DNA from: Aeromicrobium sp.
Lineage (GTDB): Bacteria > Actinomycetota > Actinomycetes > Propionibacteriales > Nocardioidaceae
DNA length: 64,000 bases
Direction: 5' to 3'
Assembly (NCBI GenBank): GCA_035401705.1
Contig: DAONBX010000010.1
Span: 34-64,033 of the forward strand
A program made the translations under genes and the position numbers. The notes beneath the pieces were generated by a model. That model was given only the letters and a program-made list of their open reading frames with translations. It made no database searches and had not been told where the DNA came from. The stretch's first letter is position 1; each line of letters starts with the position of its first letter. Positions 9,158 through 18,643 of the stretch are shown here, one piece after another.

Positions 9158-11659
9158 TCAGCGCAGTTCAGCACCAACAGTCGCCGCAGCAGTAACGATC
9201 TTTTCGCGAGCCGCCTTGATCTCAGAATCGGTGAGCGTGTGATCGACTGCTCGCAGCCGCACCGCCAACGCCAGCGACTTGCGCCCGATGCCAACCTGAT
9301 CACCGGCGTAGACGTCGAAAAGTCGCACCGACTCAAGCAGTTCAGTCGAGCCGTCGATGGCTGAAACTAGGTCGCCGGCTGGCAACTGGGCATCAACTAC
9401 GAACGCGAAGTCTTCCTTGGCGACCGGGTAGGCCGAAAAGTTCGGCTTTCGACCGATCGGTGGGGCGGCAGCGATCAACGCGTCGAGATCGAGTTCGGCG
9501 GCAGCAACCCGTCCCGGTAGGCCGTACTCTTGGGCGACCTTCGGGTGGATCTCGCCGGCGTGACCGATTACCTGGTCGCCGACCCTGATCTGCGCGCACC
9601 GGCCAGGGTGGAAGGGCGCGATTGACGCCTTCTCGATCGTTACCTTCACTTGGAGCCTGCTGGCCACCAATCGCACCAAAGCCAGCGCGTCAGTCCAAGC
9701 GGCCGGCCGACCTGCGCCGGCCCAGCCCGAACGCTGCCGCTCCCCCACCAAAACCATGCCCAAATGGCGCGGCTGGTTTGGCAGGGCAGCGTCGAGTGCC
9801 GCCAGTTCGGCTGTTGTTGGCCGCTGCTGCACGCCGTAAATTGGCGCTTCGCCGCCACCTGACTTGGTGAAGACCCGGCCTATTTCACTGAGTTGGACGC
9901 TGTCATGACCGCGCCCAATGTTCAGCGAGGCAGCGCGTAACAGGCCGATTAGGAGTGTCGGAGTTAGCCCCGGCTCCTGAGCCGACAAGGGATTGGCGAG
10001 CAAAACTAGGTCGTTTCGCGGGTCATCGGCTTCGATGCCGAGTTTCGCCAGGTCGGCGGTACCGACGAACGGCAGCGTCGAAACTTCGACTAATCCGGCG
10101 CCGGCGACTACCTGTCCAACCCGACGGCGCAACTGCTGCTCGCGAGTGAGCCCGCGTCCGCCAGTAGGGGTGGGAAGAATCGACGGCACATTCTCATAAC
10201 CAGCCGACCGTAAAGCCTCTTCAACGAAGTCATACGGATCGTTGAGATCGAATCGCCACGACGGCGGGGTGACGGTGAACTCGTCACCCGTGCGGGTGAC
10301 CTGGCAGCCGCTTCGCGCGTACACATCTTGAGCGAACTCGGCCGAAATCTCGACCCCGCTGATTCGGGCCGGCAGGTCGGCGCCGAACGAGACCGGCTTT
10401 GGTTCGCCCGGTTGCCCGACCACAGTCGCCCCAGCTTCGAGAGTTCCGCCAGCGAGTTCCACTAGCAATTGGGCCACTCTTGTTGCCGCCCGAAGTGGAA
10501 GTTTCGGATCTACCCCGCGCTCGAACCGCTTGGCCGCTTCGGTTGGTAGGCGGTGCCGTTTCTGCGCCCGAAAGATCGTGACCGGATCAAAGTGAGCTGC
10601 TTCGATGACGACGTCGGTGCTGGTCGAATCGATCTCGACGCTGCCGCCGCCCATCACGCCAGCGATGCCGATCGGCCCGCTGCCATCGGCGATGACCAAG
10701 TCTTCGGTCGTTAGGTTGCGGACTGTTTCGTCGAGCGTGGTGATTTTTTCGCCTGCGGTGGCGCGTCGGACCACAATGTCGCCGCTTAGTTTGGCTCGGT
10801 CGTAGCAGTGGTTCGGTTGGCCGAGTTCGAGCATGACGTAGTTGCTGATGTCGACCGCCAACGAGATCGGGCGCATGCCCGCGTCGGTGATTCTCGTGGC
10901 CATCCATTGAGGGGTCGAAGCCGTCGGGTCGATGCCCGTGACCACTAGCGTGGTGAACACGGGGCAAGCGTCCGGGTCCTCGACTCGAACCGGGTACGCG
11001 GCAGTGTCGGTGCTCGGTGGTACCAGATCAGCCGGATCGGTGAAGTCAATGCCGAAAGCCAACGCCGTGTCGCGGGCAACTCCACGAAGGCTCCACGCAT
11101 AGCCGCGATCGGGGTTCACCTCAAGGTCGAGGGTCTGATTGTCCAAACCGAGCAACGAAATCGCGTCGTCGCCAGGGGCTGTCGAGTCTGGTGGCAAGAC
11201 AATGATTCCGTCGCCATCGCCAGCCAAACCCAGTTCGGCAGTCGAACAAATCATCCCGTCCGAAACGTGACCATAGGTCTTTCGCGAACCGATCTCAAAA
11301 CCTAAGACCGGCAGGAACGTCCCCGGCAGCGAAACGACAACTAGATCGCCGACAACGAAATTGTGGGCGCCGCAGATGATGCCGCGAGATGGCTCATCTT
11401 CGCCTGGCGCGTCCGGGACGGACGGCTCGTTGAACTCGGGACCGACGTCAACTCGACACCAGTTGATCGTTTTACCGTTCTTCTGCTCTTCGGGAGAGAT
11501 CGCAAGCACCCGACCGACCCGCAATGGACCAGAAAAGCCGCCGCCGACAATTTCCTCGAGCTTCAGGTCGTACATCGTCAACCGGTCGGCGAGTTGTTCG
11601 GTCGTGACCGACTCGGGCAGTTCGACCAGCGAACGCAACCATTCAACAGGAACGCGCAT
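9158..11659 (-). CDS. pheT: phenylalanine--tRNA ligase beta subunit
   Basis: MRVPVEWLRSLVELPE is the canonical PheT N-terminus. ATG at 11659, 1 nt after the pheS stop; the longer ORF-track start at 11806 was rejected. Confidence 0.93.
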   Translation of the reverse strand: MRVPVEWLRSLVELPESVTTEQLADRLTMYDLKLEEIVGGGFSGPLRVGRVLAISPEEQKNGKTINWCRVDVGPEFNEPSVPDAPGEDEPSRGIICGAHNFVVGDLVVVSLPGTFLPVLGFEIGSRKTYGHVSDGMICSTAELGLAGDGDGIIVLPPDSTAPGDDAISLLGLDNQTLDLEVNPDRGYAWSLRGVARDTALAFGIDFTDPADLVPPSTDTAAYPVRVEDPDACPVFTTLVVTGIDPTASTPQWMATRITDAGMRPISLAVDISNYVMLELGQPNHCYDRAKLSGDIVVRRATAGEKITTLDETVRNLTTEDLVIADGSGPIGIAGVMGGGSVEIDSTSTDVVIEAAHFDPVTIFRAQKRHRLPTEAAKRFERGVDPKLPLRAATRVAQLLVELAGGTLEAGATVVGQPGEPKPVSFGADLPARISGVEISAEFAQDVYARSGCQVTRTGDEFTVTPPSWRFDLNDPYDFVEEALRSAGYENVPSILPTPTGGRGLTREQQLRRRVGQVVAGAGLVEVSTLPFVGTADLAKLGIEADDPRNDLVLLANPLSAQEPGLTPTLLIGLLRAASLNIGRGHDSVQLSEIGRVFTKSGGGEAPIYGVQQRPTTAELAALDAALPNQPRHLGMVLVGERQRSGWAGAGRPAAWTDALALVRLVASRLQVKVTIEKASIAPFHPGRCAQIRVGDQVIGHAGEIHPKVAQEYGLPGRVAAAELDLDALIAAAPPIGRKPNFSAYPVAKEDFAFVVDAQLPAGDLVSAIDGSTELLESVRLFDVYAGDQVGIGRKSLALAVRLRAVDHTLTDSEIKAAREKIVTAAATVGAELR

Positions 11660-11660
11660 C

Positions 11661-12812
11661 TTAGAGACCAACTCCGAAAGGTTCAGTGAATCGCACATCG
11701 CCGTCCCACAAGTCACGCAGGTCAGCGATGTCGTAACGGCTAGTGATTGTGCGGTCCAAACCCATCCCGAAGGCGAAGCCCGAGTACTCGTTCGGGTCAA
11801 CGCCACAAGCGATCAGGACACGCGGATTGACCACTCCGCAGCCGCCCCACTCAACCCAGCCTTCTCCCCCGCAGGTGCGACAACTCGCGACCTCCGCCGG
11901 ATCGTTCTGGCAGACGTAGCAGAGCAAGTCCACTTCGGCAGACGGCTCAGTGAACGGGAAATAGGACGGCCGAAAACGGGTCGTCAAGCCCGGGCCATAA
12001 ATGGCTTGAGCGAAGTGATCCAGCGTGCCCTTCAGGTGGGCCATCGACAGTCCCCGGTCGATCGCCAGACCCTCAACCTGGTGGAACACTGGCATGTGGG
12101 TGGCGTCAGCCTCGTCGGTGCGATAAACCCGACCCGGACAAACCACGTAGATCGGCGGCTCTTGGGTGAGCATAGTTCTGGCTTGCACCGGCGAAGTGTG
12201 CGTACGCAGCACCATCGCGGCGCGTTCAGGACTGAGCCAGAAAGTGTCTTGCATGGTGCGGGCCGGGTGGTCGGGACCGAGGTTGAGCGCGTCGAAGTTC
12301 AGCCACTCGGCTTCGACTTCTGGACCTTCGGCCACTTCCCAACCCATCGAAACGAAAATGTCCGCGACTAGCTCTTGGATCGTAGTTATCGGGTGGCGCG
12401 AGCCAACTGGTTCAACGTCAGTCGGCAACGTTACGTCGACGACCTCTTCGTTGAGCCGTTGCTCAAACTCGATCGCCTCAACCTCTTCAAGGCGCGCCGC
12501 CAATGCCTGGTTCACTGCGCCACGTGCCTGGCCGATCCGCTTGCCAGCATCTTTTTTGGCCGCCGGCGGCAACGCGCCGATCTCGCGGTTGGCTAAAGCC
12601 AGCCCGGACCGATCGCCGGCGTGGTCGCTTCGGACCTGTTTGAGTTCGGCTATGGTGTTGGCCGCGGCGATGGCCGCTAGGGCTTCGTCACGCATGCGTT
12701 CGACCTCATCGGCGCGCAGTGGCGTCACCTCGACCGGGTCATAGTCAGAATTGGGCGCAGACACGCCTGCCAGTCTATCGGCGAGGTCAGTCGGTGAGAG
12801 TGTCCGGCTCAT
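11661..12812 (-). CDS. pheS: phenylalanine--tRNA ligase alpha subunit
   Basis: Class II motifs (HPARTMQDTFW, FRPSYFPFTEPS, GFAFGMGLDR). The ATG at 12812 overlaps the upstream kinase gene by 26 nt. A GTG at 12764 is an alternative start. Confidence 0.92.
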   Translation of the reverse strand: MSRTLSPTDLADRLAGVSAPNSDYDPVEVTPLRADEVERMRDEALAAIAAANTIAELKQVRSDHAGDRSGLALANREIGALPPAAKKDAGKRIGQARGAVNQALAARLEEVEAIEFEQRLNEEVVDVTLPTDVEPVGSRHPITTIQELVADIFVSMGWEVAEGPEVEAEWLNFDALNLGPDHPARTMQDTFWLSPERAAMVLRTHTSPVQARTMLTQEPPIYVVCPGRVYRTDEADATHMPVFHQVEGLAIDRGLSMAHLKGTLDHFAQAIYGPGLTTRFRPSYFPFTEPSAEVDLLCYVCQNDPAEVASCRTCGGEGWVEWGGCGVVNPRVLIACGVDPNEYSGFAFGMGLDRTITSRYDIADLRDLWDGDVRFTEPFGVGL

Positions 12813-13824
12813 TGACTGGCAGCCACACCTTAATCAGCGCGCCGCCTTCGCTGGCATCTTCAATGTCGATGATCCCGCCGTGCTGATCAACGACTCCGCG
12901 AACAATGAACATGCCCAGCCCGCTGCCGGCCCCTGGGCCTGAGCGCCAGAACCGGCTGAAAACCCGCACGCGCAGATCCTCATCAATACCTGGACCCTGA
13001 TCGGTTATTGATACTTCGACGCCCTGTTTACCTCGGCGATAGAGCTCGCGAACGCTTAGTTCGCGCAGTCCTTCGCCGTGCCGAACGGCGTTCTCGACGA
13101 TGTTGGTCAACACTTGGGTAAGCCGATCCGAGTCACCCCAAATTACCGGGACCGGACCTTCGACCTGCGCCGTCGGCGGCGTCTCGCTGGTGGAGAAAAC
13201 CGACTCCAGAACTCGCGAAGCAACCTGATCGAGTTGAACGGGCTCGGTCCGAAGAGAAAGCCGACCCGCATCGATCCTGGCGGCATCGAGCAGTTCGGTG
13301 ACCAACCGACTCAACCGGTCCGCGTCAGCATCGATTGTCTGCAGCATGAACAAGCGTTGATCTTCGGTGAAAGCATCCCAGCGTCTTAGCAGCGTGGCCG
13401 AAAACCCTTTTATTCCAGTCAACGGTGACCGCAACTCGTGGGCGACCATCGCCACCATGTCAGACTTTTCACGGTCAAGTTGTTGGCGTACACGAGCGTT
13501 TCGAATGCAGACGACCACGTCCACGATTTCGCCGGCAGGCCGATCCCGGTTCAGCATCGCGGTGACCAAATATTCGGTTCCGTGCGGGGAATACCAAGCC
13601 TGCTCGCTGATTCGCTTTCTGATTGCTAGGCCGTCGAATGGCCGGTTGAAATCGAGCCACGAGTTCCCGTTCAAGTCGTCCAGCGGCAGAACTCGCGACA
13701 GTGGCAACCCAACGAGTTCGGTCGAGGTCGCTCCGTGGCGCCCGCGCACCCAGTGGTTCGCCAAGGTCACGATTCCGTTGGCGTCCGCGACGATTACCCC
13801 GTCAGGAAAGTTCTCGTAGTGCAC
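12787..13824 (-). CDS. cytoplasmic PAS-domain sensor histidine kinase (orphan)
   Basis: N-terminal PAS-like region (FPDGVIVADANGIVTLAN), H-box HELRSPLTGIKGF, N-box NIVENAVRHG, G1 DQGPGI and G2 GSGLGM. No TM helix and no response regulator in the window. Confidence 0.85.
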   Translation of the reverse strand: MHYENFPDGVIVADANGIVTLANHWVRGRHGATSTELVGLPLSRVLPLDDLNGNSWLDFNRPFDGLAIRKRISEQAWYSPHGTEYLVTAMLNRDRPAGEIVDVVVCIRNARVRQQLDREKSDMVAMVAHELRSPLTGIKGFSATLLRRWDAFTEDQRLFMLQTIDADADRLSRLVTELLDAARIDAGRLSLRTEPVQLDQVASRVLESVFSTSETPPTAQVEGPVPVIWGDSDRLTQVLTNIVENAVRHGEGLRELSVRELYRRGKQGVEVSITDQGPGIDEDLRVRVFSRFWRSGPGAGSGLGMFIVRGVVDQHGGIIDIEDASEGGALIKVWLPVNEPDTLTD

Positions 13825-13833
13825 GCGTTGAGC

Positions 13834-14631
13834 CTAGTGCTGCTCCCGCGCCGACGCATACAGGCACACCGCCGCCGCGGTCGCCAGATTCAGGCTTTCG
13901 GCCCGGCCAATTAGCGGAATCGAGACGACCTCATCAACTGCATCGGTTACGGCGCGATCGAGGCCATGGGCTTCGTTACCAAAAACCCAGACCACCGGAC
14001 TGCTCAAATCGGCGGTGAACAGATTCACGTCTCCAGCGGCGTCAGCGGCGAGCAGTCTCGCGCCGGACTCGCGCAGTTTTGCCAGCGAACCGAACAAATC
14101 GCGATCAACGACAACCGGCAAATGAAAGTGCGATCCTACGGCGGCCCTAACGGCTTTGGGATTCTGTGGGTCTACGCAGTCGCCGAGGAAATAGACGGCG
14201 GCGGCGCCGGCCGCATCGGCGGCCCGAATCAGTGAACCGGCATTGCCCGGATCACGGATATCTACGGCGGCCGCGACGAAACCATTCCCCGGCCAGGTGT
14301 AGTCGTCAAACCAGCGCAGCAAACTATGACAACGCGCGACCATCCCTTGGGGGGTGACTGAGTCCGCGATCGCGGCCACAACGTCGTCGGTTACCACGTG
14401 CCACTGGTCTGCTCTTGCTGCTAACTCTTCGTACCGATCGGTCGCATCGACGGTCGCGAACACTTCAATGACCGATCCGGGTTCGCCGCGAGGAACCGTG
14501 AGCGCCTCGCGAACGGCTTGGGGTCCTTCAGCGAGAAACTCGCCTGTTTTCTCGCGAAAAGAACGCGTGGCGAGCCGCCGAGCGGTCTTTACCCGGCCAG
14601 ATTGGACGGTCAGATCGCTGGGGCTCGCCAC
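13834..14631 (-). CDS. TrmH/SpoU-family RNA 2'-O-methyltransferase
   Basis: SpoU motifs GNAGSLIR, VWVFGNEAHG and IPLIGRAESLNLATAAAVCLY. Conserved position downstream of rplT. Confidence 0.85.
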   Translation of the reverse strand: MASPSDLTVQSGRVKTARRLATRSFREKTGEFLAEGPQAVREALTVPRGEPGSVIEVFATVDATDRYEELAARADQWHVVTDDVVAAIADSVTPQGMVARCHSLLRWFDDYTWPGNGFVAAAVDIRDPGNAGSLIRAADAAGAAAVYFLGDCVDPQNPKAVRAAVGSHFHLPVVVDRDLFGSLAKLRESGARLLAADAAGDVNLFTADLSSPVVWVFGNEAHGLDRAVTDAVDEVVSIPLIGRAESLNLATAAAVCLYASAREQH

Positions 14632-14649
14632 GCGTTTAGAGTTTCTAAC

Positions 14650-15042
14650 TCAGACGGCCGAGTCAGCCTTGGGGGCGTTGACATCGGCTGGCAGGTTTGC
14701 CTTCGCGACCTCAACGAGGGCGCTGAAAGCTGCCGGGTCGTTGACGGCCAGATCGGCGAGGATCTTGCGATCCACTTCAACCTCAGCGGCCTTCAAGCCC
14801 TGGATGAACCGGTTGTAGGTCATACCCTCGGCGCGAACCGCAGCGTTGATGCGCTGGATCCAGAGACGACGGAAGTCGCCCTTCTTTGCCTTGCGGTCGT
14901 TGTACGAGTAGACCAGCGAGTGGGTGACCTGCTCTTTAGCCTTGCGGTATAGGCGCGAGCGCTGGCCACGGTAGCCGGAGGCGCGCTCGAGGATTTCGCG
15001 GCGCTTCTTTTGCGCGTTCACTGAACGCTTGACGCGTGCCAC
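14650..15042 (-). CDS. rplT: 50S ribosomal protein L20
   Basis: [39 protein letters not shown]. Confidence 0.97.
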   Translation of the reverse strand: MARVKRSVNAQKKRREILERASGYRGQRSRLYRKAKEQVTHSLVYSYNDRKAKKGDFRRLWIQRINAAVRAEGMTYNRFIQGLKAAEVEVDRKILADLAVNDPAAFSALVEVAKANLPADVNAPKADSAV

Positions 15043-15080
15043 AGTATTGCTCCTTTACGAATTCGGGGAAAGTCGGGCGC

Positions 15081-15275
15081 TCAGAGACCGAGCAGCTTCT
15101 TGACCTGCTTGGTGTCAGCCTTCGAGACCTCGGTCGTGCCGGCGAGGCGGCGCTTCCGGGACGAGGACTTGACCTCCAAGAGGTGACGACGGTTGGTCTG
15201 CTCACGGCGAAGTTTGCCCTTGCCAGTGATCTTGATGCGCTTCTTCATGCCCGAGTGGGGCTTGAACTTCGGCAC
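15081..15275 (-). CDS. rpmI: 50S ribosomal protein L35
   Basis: MPKFKPHSGMKKRIKITGKGKLRREQTNRRHLLE. Confidence 0.97.
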   Translation of the reverse strand: MPKFKPHSGMKKRIKITGKGKLRREQTNRRHLLEVKSSSRKRRLAGTTEVSKADTKQVKKLLGL

Positions 15276-15277
15276 GA

Positions 15278-15967
15278 TTAGGCCTCCATGTCTGGATCGA
15301 GGTTTTCGGAGCGACGACGGGGCTTCTTAGCCGTCGCTGTCTTGCTGTGTTCTTCGCGATGTGCCTTTTCGGCCTTAGCCTCGGCTTCACGATCTGCTTC
15401 GCGCTGGGCGGTGGCTTCGGCTTTAGCGGCCTTGACCTCTGCTTGCGCTTCAGACTTCTTCTTGTGCGGTCCCAGAACCATCGTCATATTTCGACCGTCC
15501 TGACGGGCGTTCGATTCGATGAATCCGAGGTCCTCAACGTCAGCCGCAAGTTTCTGCAGCAAGCGGTAACCAAGTTCTGGACGATGCTGCTCGCGACCAC
15601 GGAACATGATGGTGATCTTGACCTTGTCGCCGGCCGAAAGGAACCGGACGATGTGACCCTTTTTGGTGTCGTAGTCGTGCTGGTCGATCTTCGGACGAAG
15701 CTTCATCTCTTTGATGACGGTGTTCGTCTGGTTACGACGAGACTCGCGGGCCTTCTGGGCAGTTTCATACTTGAACTTGCCGTAGTCCATGAGTCGACAC
15801 ACCGGCGGTCGCTCACCTGGGGCAACTTCGACGAGATCGAGGTCTGACTCGGCGGCAAGACGAAGCGCATCGTCGATACGGACGATGCCTACTTGTTCGC
15901 CGCCTGGTCCGACAAGCCGGACTTCCGGGACGCGGATGCGCTCGTTGACGCGCAGCTCTGTGCTGAT
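15278..15967 (-). CDS. infC: translation initiation factor IF-3 (ATC start; extended low-complexity C-terminal tail)
   Basis: The ORF track starts at an internal GTG (15802). Reading upstream in frame gives [68 protein letters not shown], the full IF-3 N-domain. The first codon is ATC at 15965-15967, preceded by AGGAGGA at 15971-15977. Confidence 0.9.
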   Translation of the reverse strand: MSTELRVNERIRVPEVRLVGPGGEQVGIVRIDDALRLAAESDLDLVEVAPGERPPVCRLMDYGKFKYETAQKARESRRNQTNTVIKEMKLRPKIDQHDYDTKKGHIVRFLSAGDKVKITIMFRGREQHRPELGYRLLQKLAADVEDLGFIESNARQDGRNMTMVLGPHKKKSEAQAEVKAAKAEATAQREADREAEAKAEKAHREEHSKTATAKKPRRRSENLDPDMEA

Positions 15968-15998
15968 AGATCCTCCTGATGGTAAATGGTGGAGGAAA

Positions 15999-16031
15999 CA
16001 AAAAAGTGACCTCCGTCGAAGCGGAAGTCAC
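15999..16031 (-). terminator. intrinsic terminator-like hairpin with U6 tract, about 30 nt upstream of the infC start (possible attenuator)
   Basis: Minus strand reads GTGACTTCCG-cttcga-CGGAGGTCAC followed by TTTTTTG. The stem is 10 bp with one G-U pair. Confidence 0.6.
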
Positions 16032-16037
16032 TACACG

Positions 16038-16066
16038 CAAAACACCCGCCGAATGATCGGCGGTGC
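16038..16066 (-). terminator. intrinsic terminator-like hairpin downstream of the SseB-like gene
   Basis: Minus strand reads CCGCCGA-tcat-TCGGCGG followed by GTGTTTTG. It lies about 70 nt after the stop at 16137. Confidence 0.5.
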
Positions 16067-16136
16067 AGTGACCCCAAGGCCCAAAAGCCAAGCAGGTGGG
16101 AGTGAACTCCACTTCGAGATAAAAGTTTAGCAGCCC

Positions 16137-16643
16137 CTAAGCGCTTGGTTCAACCCAGGCGGTGCCGCTGTCGGTTCGGACCAGGAGGTGTTCGGCAGCA
16201 ACGTGCTCTAAGTCTGGGCTCTCGACCACTTGGAAGGTTGGCTGTCCAAGATCGAGCACGAGCGCCGAAGCGCCATCGGCGATCGCGGATCTGGCCGCGT
16301 CTCGGCCATAAACCGGCACCGGCCGAGAGGTCGGATTCCAGCTCGCCATCGCCGCTTGGGAACTGAACGCCAGCAGCGCCGTGCGGCCGTCAGCACCCGT
16401 CAGCAGCACCGCGGCCATATCGGAATTCTTGTCGCTGCCGTCAGTGGCCAACTCCCCCAGCACCGCAACGACCGGCACAAAAACTCGAGCTGAGCCAATC
16501 GTCGCCAAAAACGAGGACTCGTCGGTCAAATTCAGGTTCGGATCGAGCAGGCCATCGTCGTCTGGAAAAGCAGGCTCAGCCAACGAGCGGCCTCCCCCGA
16601 AGGTTCCGTCGTCGCGGCTCACTTGACGTGACCTGCCAGCCAT
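16137..16643 (-). CDS. SseB-family protein (hypothetical)
   Basis: Pattern ...ARVFVPVVAVLGE...MAAVLLTGADGRTALLAFSSQAAMASWNP...GASALVLD resembles actinobacterial SseB-like proteins found upstream of infC. Assignment is by resemblance only. Confidence 0.5.
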   Translation of the reverse strand: MAGRSRQVSRDDGTFGGGRSLAEPAFPDDDGLLDPNLNLTDESSFLATIGSARVFVPVVAVLGELATDGSDKNSDMAAVLLTGADGRTALLAFSSQAAMASWNPTSRPVPVYGRDAARSAIADGASALVLDLGQPTFQVVESPDLEHVAAEHLLVRTDSGTAWVEPSA

Positions 16644-17047
16644 TGGACCGCGTTCGTGGCCGATCGGCCCTCGCTGCCCTGAATCGCGAACAGGATGAAA
16701 CGACGATCGTCCTTGGTGACCAACGTCGGCCAGGGGGCGCCCGGATTCATCGAAATTCCGGCAACTTCATCCCACGACAACTTGTGTCGTCGTAGACCAT
16801 TCACCCAACGTATTTGCTCGTCATCAGCAGTTACCTGGCTCATCGAGATGATTAGCGCGAACAATCCGACGACGCCAACCAGCGCCCAAATCGTGGCGTT
16901 CTGCGACGTGGTGAACCTAGCCGACTCCGGCAACTGCGAGCCGATGACGGCTGTGAGAATCGTCAAAATTGCGACCCCTGCCCACATCACCGCGATGATT
17001 CCAGTCGGGCGGAACCGACGACGTTCCCCGGCCATCAGATTCGGCAC
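16619..17047 (-). CDS. membrane-anchored bacterial PH-domain protein
   Basis: Two N-terminal TM helices, then IRWVNGLRRHKLSWDEVAGISMNPG...LVTKDDRRFILFAIQ (bPH-like). Conserved position next to hisG in actinobacteria. Confidence 0.6.
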   Translation of the reverse strand: MPNLMAGERRRFRPTGIIAVMWAGVAILTILTAVIGSQLPESARFTTSQNATIWALVGVVGLFALIISMSQVTADDEQIRWVNGLRRHKLSWDEVAGISMNPGAPWPTLVTKDDRRFILFAIQGSEGRSATNAVQWLAGHVK

Positions 17048-17880
17048 GACAAAATATCGGTGACCAAAATGCCGCGAGCACCCGCTGCGTACAAGTCGTC
17101 CATCACGCGCTGGGTGGCCACACGCGGCACCATCGCCCGAACGGCTGCCCAGCCTTCGCGATGTAGCGGCGAAACTGTCGGCGATTCGATGCCGGGGGTT
17201 AGTTCTACTGCTCGCTCCACGTCTTCGAGGCGAATGTCGTAATCCATCATGACGTAGGCGCGCGCGACCAGAACGCTTTGCAGACGGCGTTGAAAAACAC
17301 TGAACCCAGTCGGCTCGGCTGCTCCGCTTCGGGTGATCAGCACGCCCTCGGACTGCAGGATCGGCTCGCCAAAAACCGCCAACCCGGCCTGACGCAACGT
17401 AGTGCCGGTCTCTACGACGTCAGCAATCGCATCAGCGACACCGAGCCGAATGGAGGTTTCGACTGCGCCGTCGAGTCGGACGACTTGGGACTCGATACCT
17501 AGCGAACTCAAGTAGGTACGCACGATTCCTGGGTAGGAGGTGGCGATCCGTTTGCCCGCCAACTGCTCAACCGCGGACATTTCGCCCTCGGCAGCGGCAA
17601 AGCGAAAAGTCGAGGCCGCAAAACCCAACGTCATCGACTCGTCGGCTTTCGCACCCGAATCGAGCAACAGGTCCCGGCCGGTGATTCCGGCGTCTAGCGT
17701 GCCTTCGCCGACATAGATCGCAATGTCGCGCGGGCGCAAATAGAAGAATTCGACATCGTTTTCGGCGTCAACCGTGACGAGGTCTTTGGAGTTACGACGT
17801 TGGCGGTACCCGGCCTCGGCCAGCATCGCGGCCGCAGCCTCAGATAGGGCGCCCTTGTTCGGGACGGCAACCTTGAGCAT
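17035..17880 (-). CDS. hisG: ATP phosphoribosyltransferase (long form)
   Basis: MLKVAVPNKGALSEAAAAMLAEAGY... and DVVETGTTLRQAGL, with a C-terminal regulatory domain. 281 aa. Confidence 0.92.
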   Translation of the reverse strand: MLKVAVPNKGALSEAAAAMLAEAGYRQRRNSKDLVTVDAENDVEFFYLRPRDIAIYVGEGTLDAGITGRDLLLDSGAKADESMTLGFAASTFRFAAAEGEMSAVEQLAGKRIATSYPGIVRTYLSSLGIESQVVRLDGAVETSIRLGVADAIADVVETGTTLRQAGLAVFGEPILQSEGVLITRSGAAEPTGFSVFQRRLQSVLVARAYVMMDYDIRLEDVERAVELTPGIESPTVSPLHREGWAAVRAMVPRVATQRVMDDLYAAGARGILVTDILSCRI

Positions 17881-17888
17881 CAGATTCC

Positions 17889-18152
17889 TTACAGGTGTGA
17901 GTAGACGTCGTCAAGACTGATGCCAGCGGCAATCATCATCACCTGCGCGTGGTACAGCAGCTGGCTGATCTCCTCGGCCGCACGCGCAGGTCCCTCGTGC
18001 TCGGCAGCCATCCACGATTCGGCGGCTTCCTCGACGAGCTTCTTGCCAATCGCGTGTACTCCGCCGTCGAGTTCGGCAACCGTGCGCGAACCCTCAGGGC
18101 GGGTGGCGGCCTTTTCGGAAAGTTCCGCGAATAAGCCATCGAACGTCTTCAT
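17889..18152 (-). CDS. hisE: phosphoribosyl-ATP pyrophosphatase
   Basis: [45 protein letters not shown]...LLYHAQVMM. The ATG at 18152 (or 18161) is preferred over the ORF-track start at 18242, which overlaps ribH. Confidence 0.9.
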   Translation of the reverse strand: MKTFDGLFAELSEKAATRPEGSRTVAELDGGVHAIGKKLVEEAAESWMAAEHEGPARAAEEISQLLYHAQVMMIAAGISLDDVYSHL

Positions 18153-18162
18153 CAAGGTCATC

Positions 18163-18642
18163 CTATCGGCGCAGTGCGATCGACTTGAGCGTCGCCCACG
18201 TGGCGAGGGCCGCCTCGGCGGCTTCGGCGCCCTTGTCTTCAACTGAATCTGGCAATCCCGCCCGGTCCAATGCTTGGGTTTCGTCGTCGCAAGTCAGCAA
18301 ACCGAAACCGACCGGAACGCCGGTATCAAGCGCGACGCGAGACAGGCCATCAGTGGCGGCGGCACTCACATATTCAAAGTGTGGGGTGCCGCCACGGATG
18401 ATCACGCCAAGGGCAATCACCGCGTCATAATCGGCACGCGCACAGGCTTGGGCGATTATCGGCAACTCGAAAGAGCCAGCCGCGCGGATGAGGTCGACCT
18501 CGGTTACGCCCGCGGCGGTCAACGTCCGCTGCGAGCCGGCGATCAGTCCCTCCATCACCTCGGTGTGCCAACTGGAGGCAACAATCGCGACCTTCGCGCC
18601 CGCAGCGTCAACCGACAGCGACGGTGCACCGTGTCCGGCCAT
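18163..18642 (-). CDS. ribH: 6,7-dimethyl-8-ribityllumazine synthase
   Basis: [19 protein letters not shown]...FELPIIAQ...[20 protein letters not shown]. Confidence 0.95.
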   Translation of the reverse strand: MAGHGAPSLSVDAAGAKVAIVASSWHTEVMEGLIAGSQRTLTAAGVTEVDLIRAAGSFELPIIAQACARADYDAVIALGVIIRGGTPHFEYVSAAATDGLSRVALDTGVPVGFGLLTCDDETQALDRAGLPDSVEDKGAEAAEAALATWATLKSIALRR

Positions 18643-18643
18643 C

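Noticed and set aside
11361-12371. 336-aa plus-strand ORF across the pheS/pheT junction. Similar long antisense ORFs occur at 18274-19203, 38624-39463, 39708-40568, 51156-51917 and 55135-55917.
   Set aside because: All are antisense to genes with unambiguous conserved motifs. They have Arg/Pro/Gly/Ser-biased composition, no RBS and no recognisable domains. This is the expected consequence of low stop-codon frequency in GC-rich DNA.
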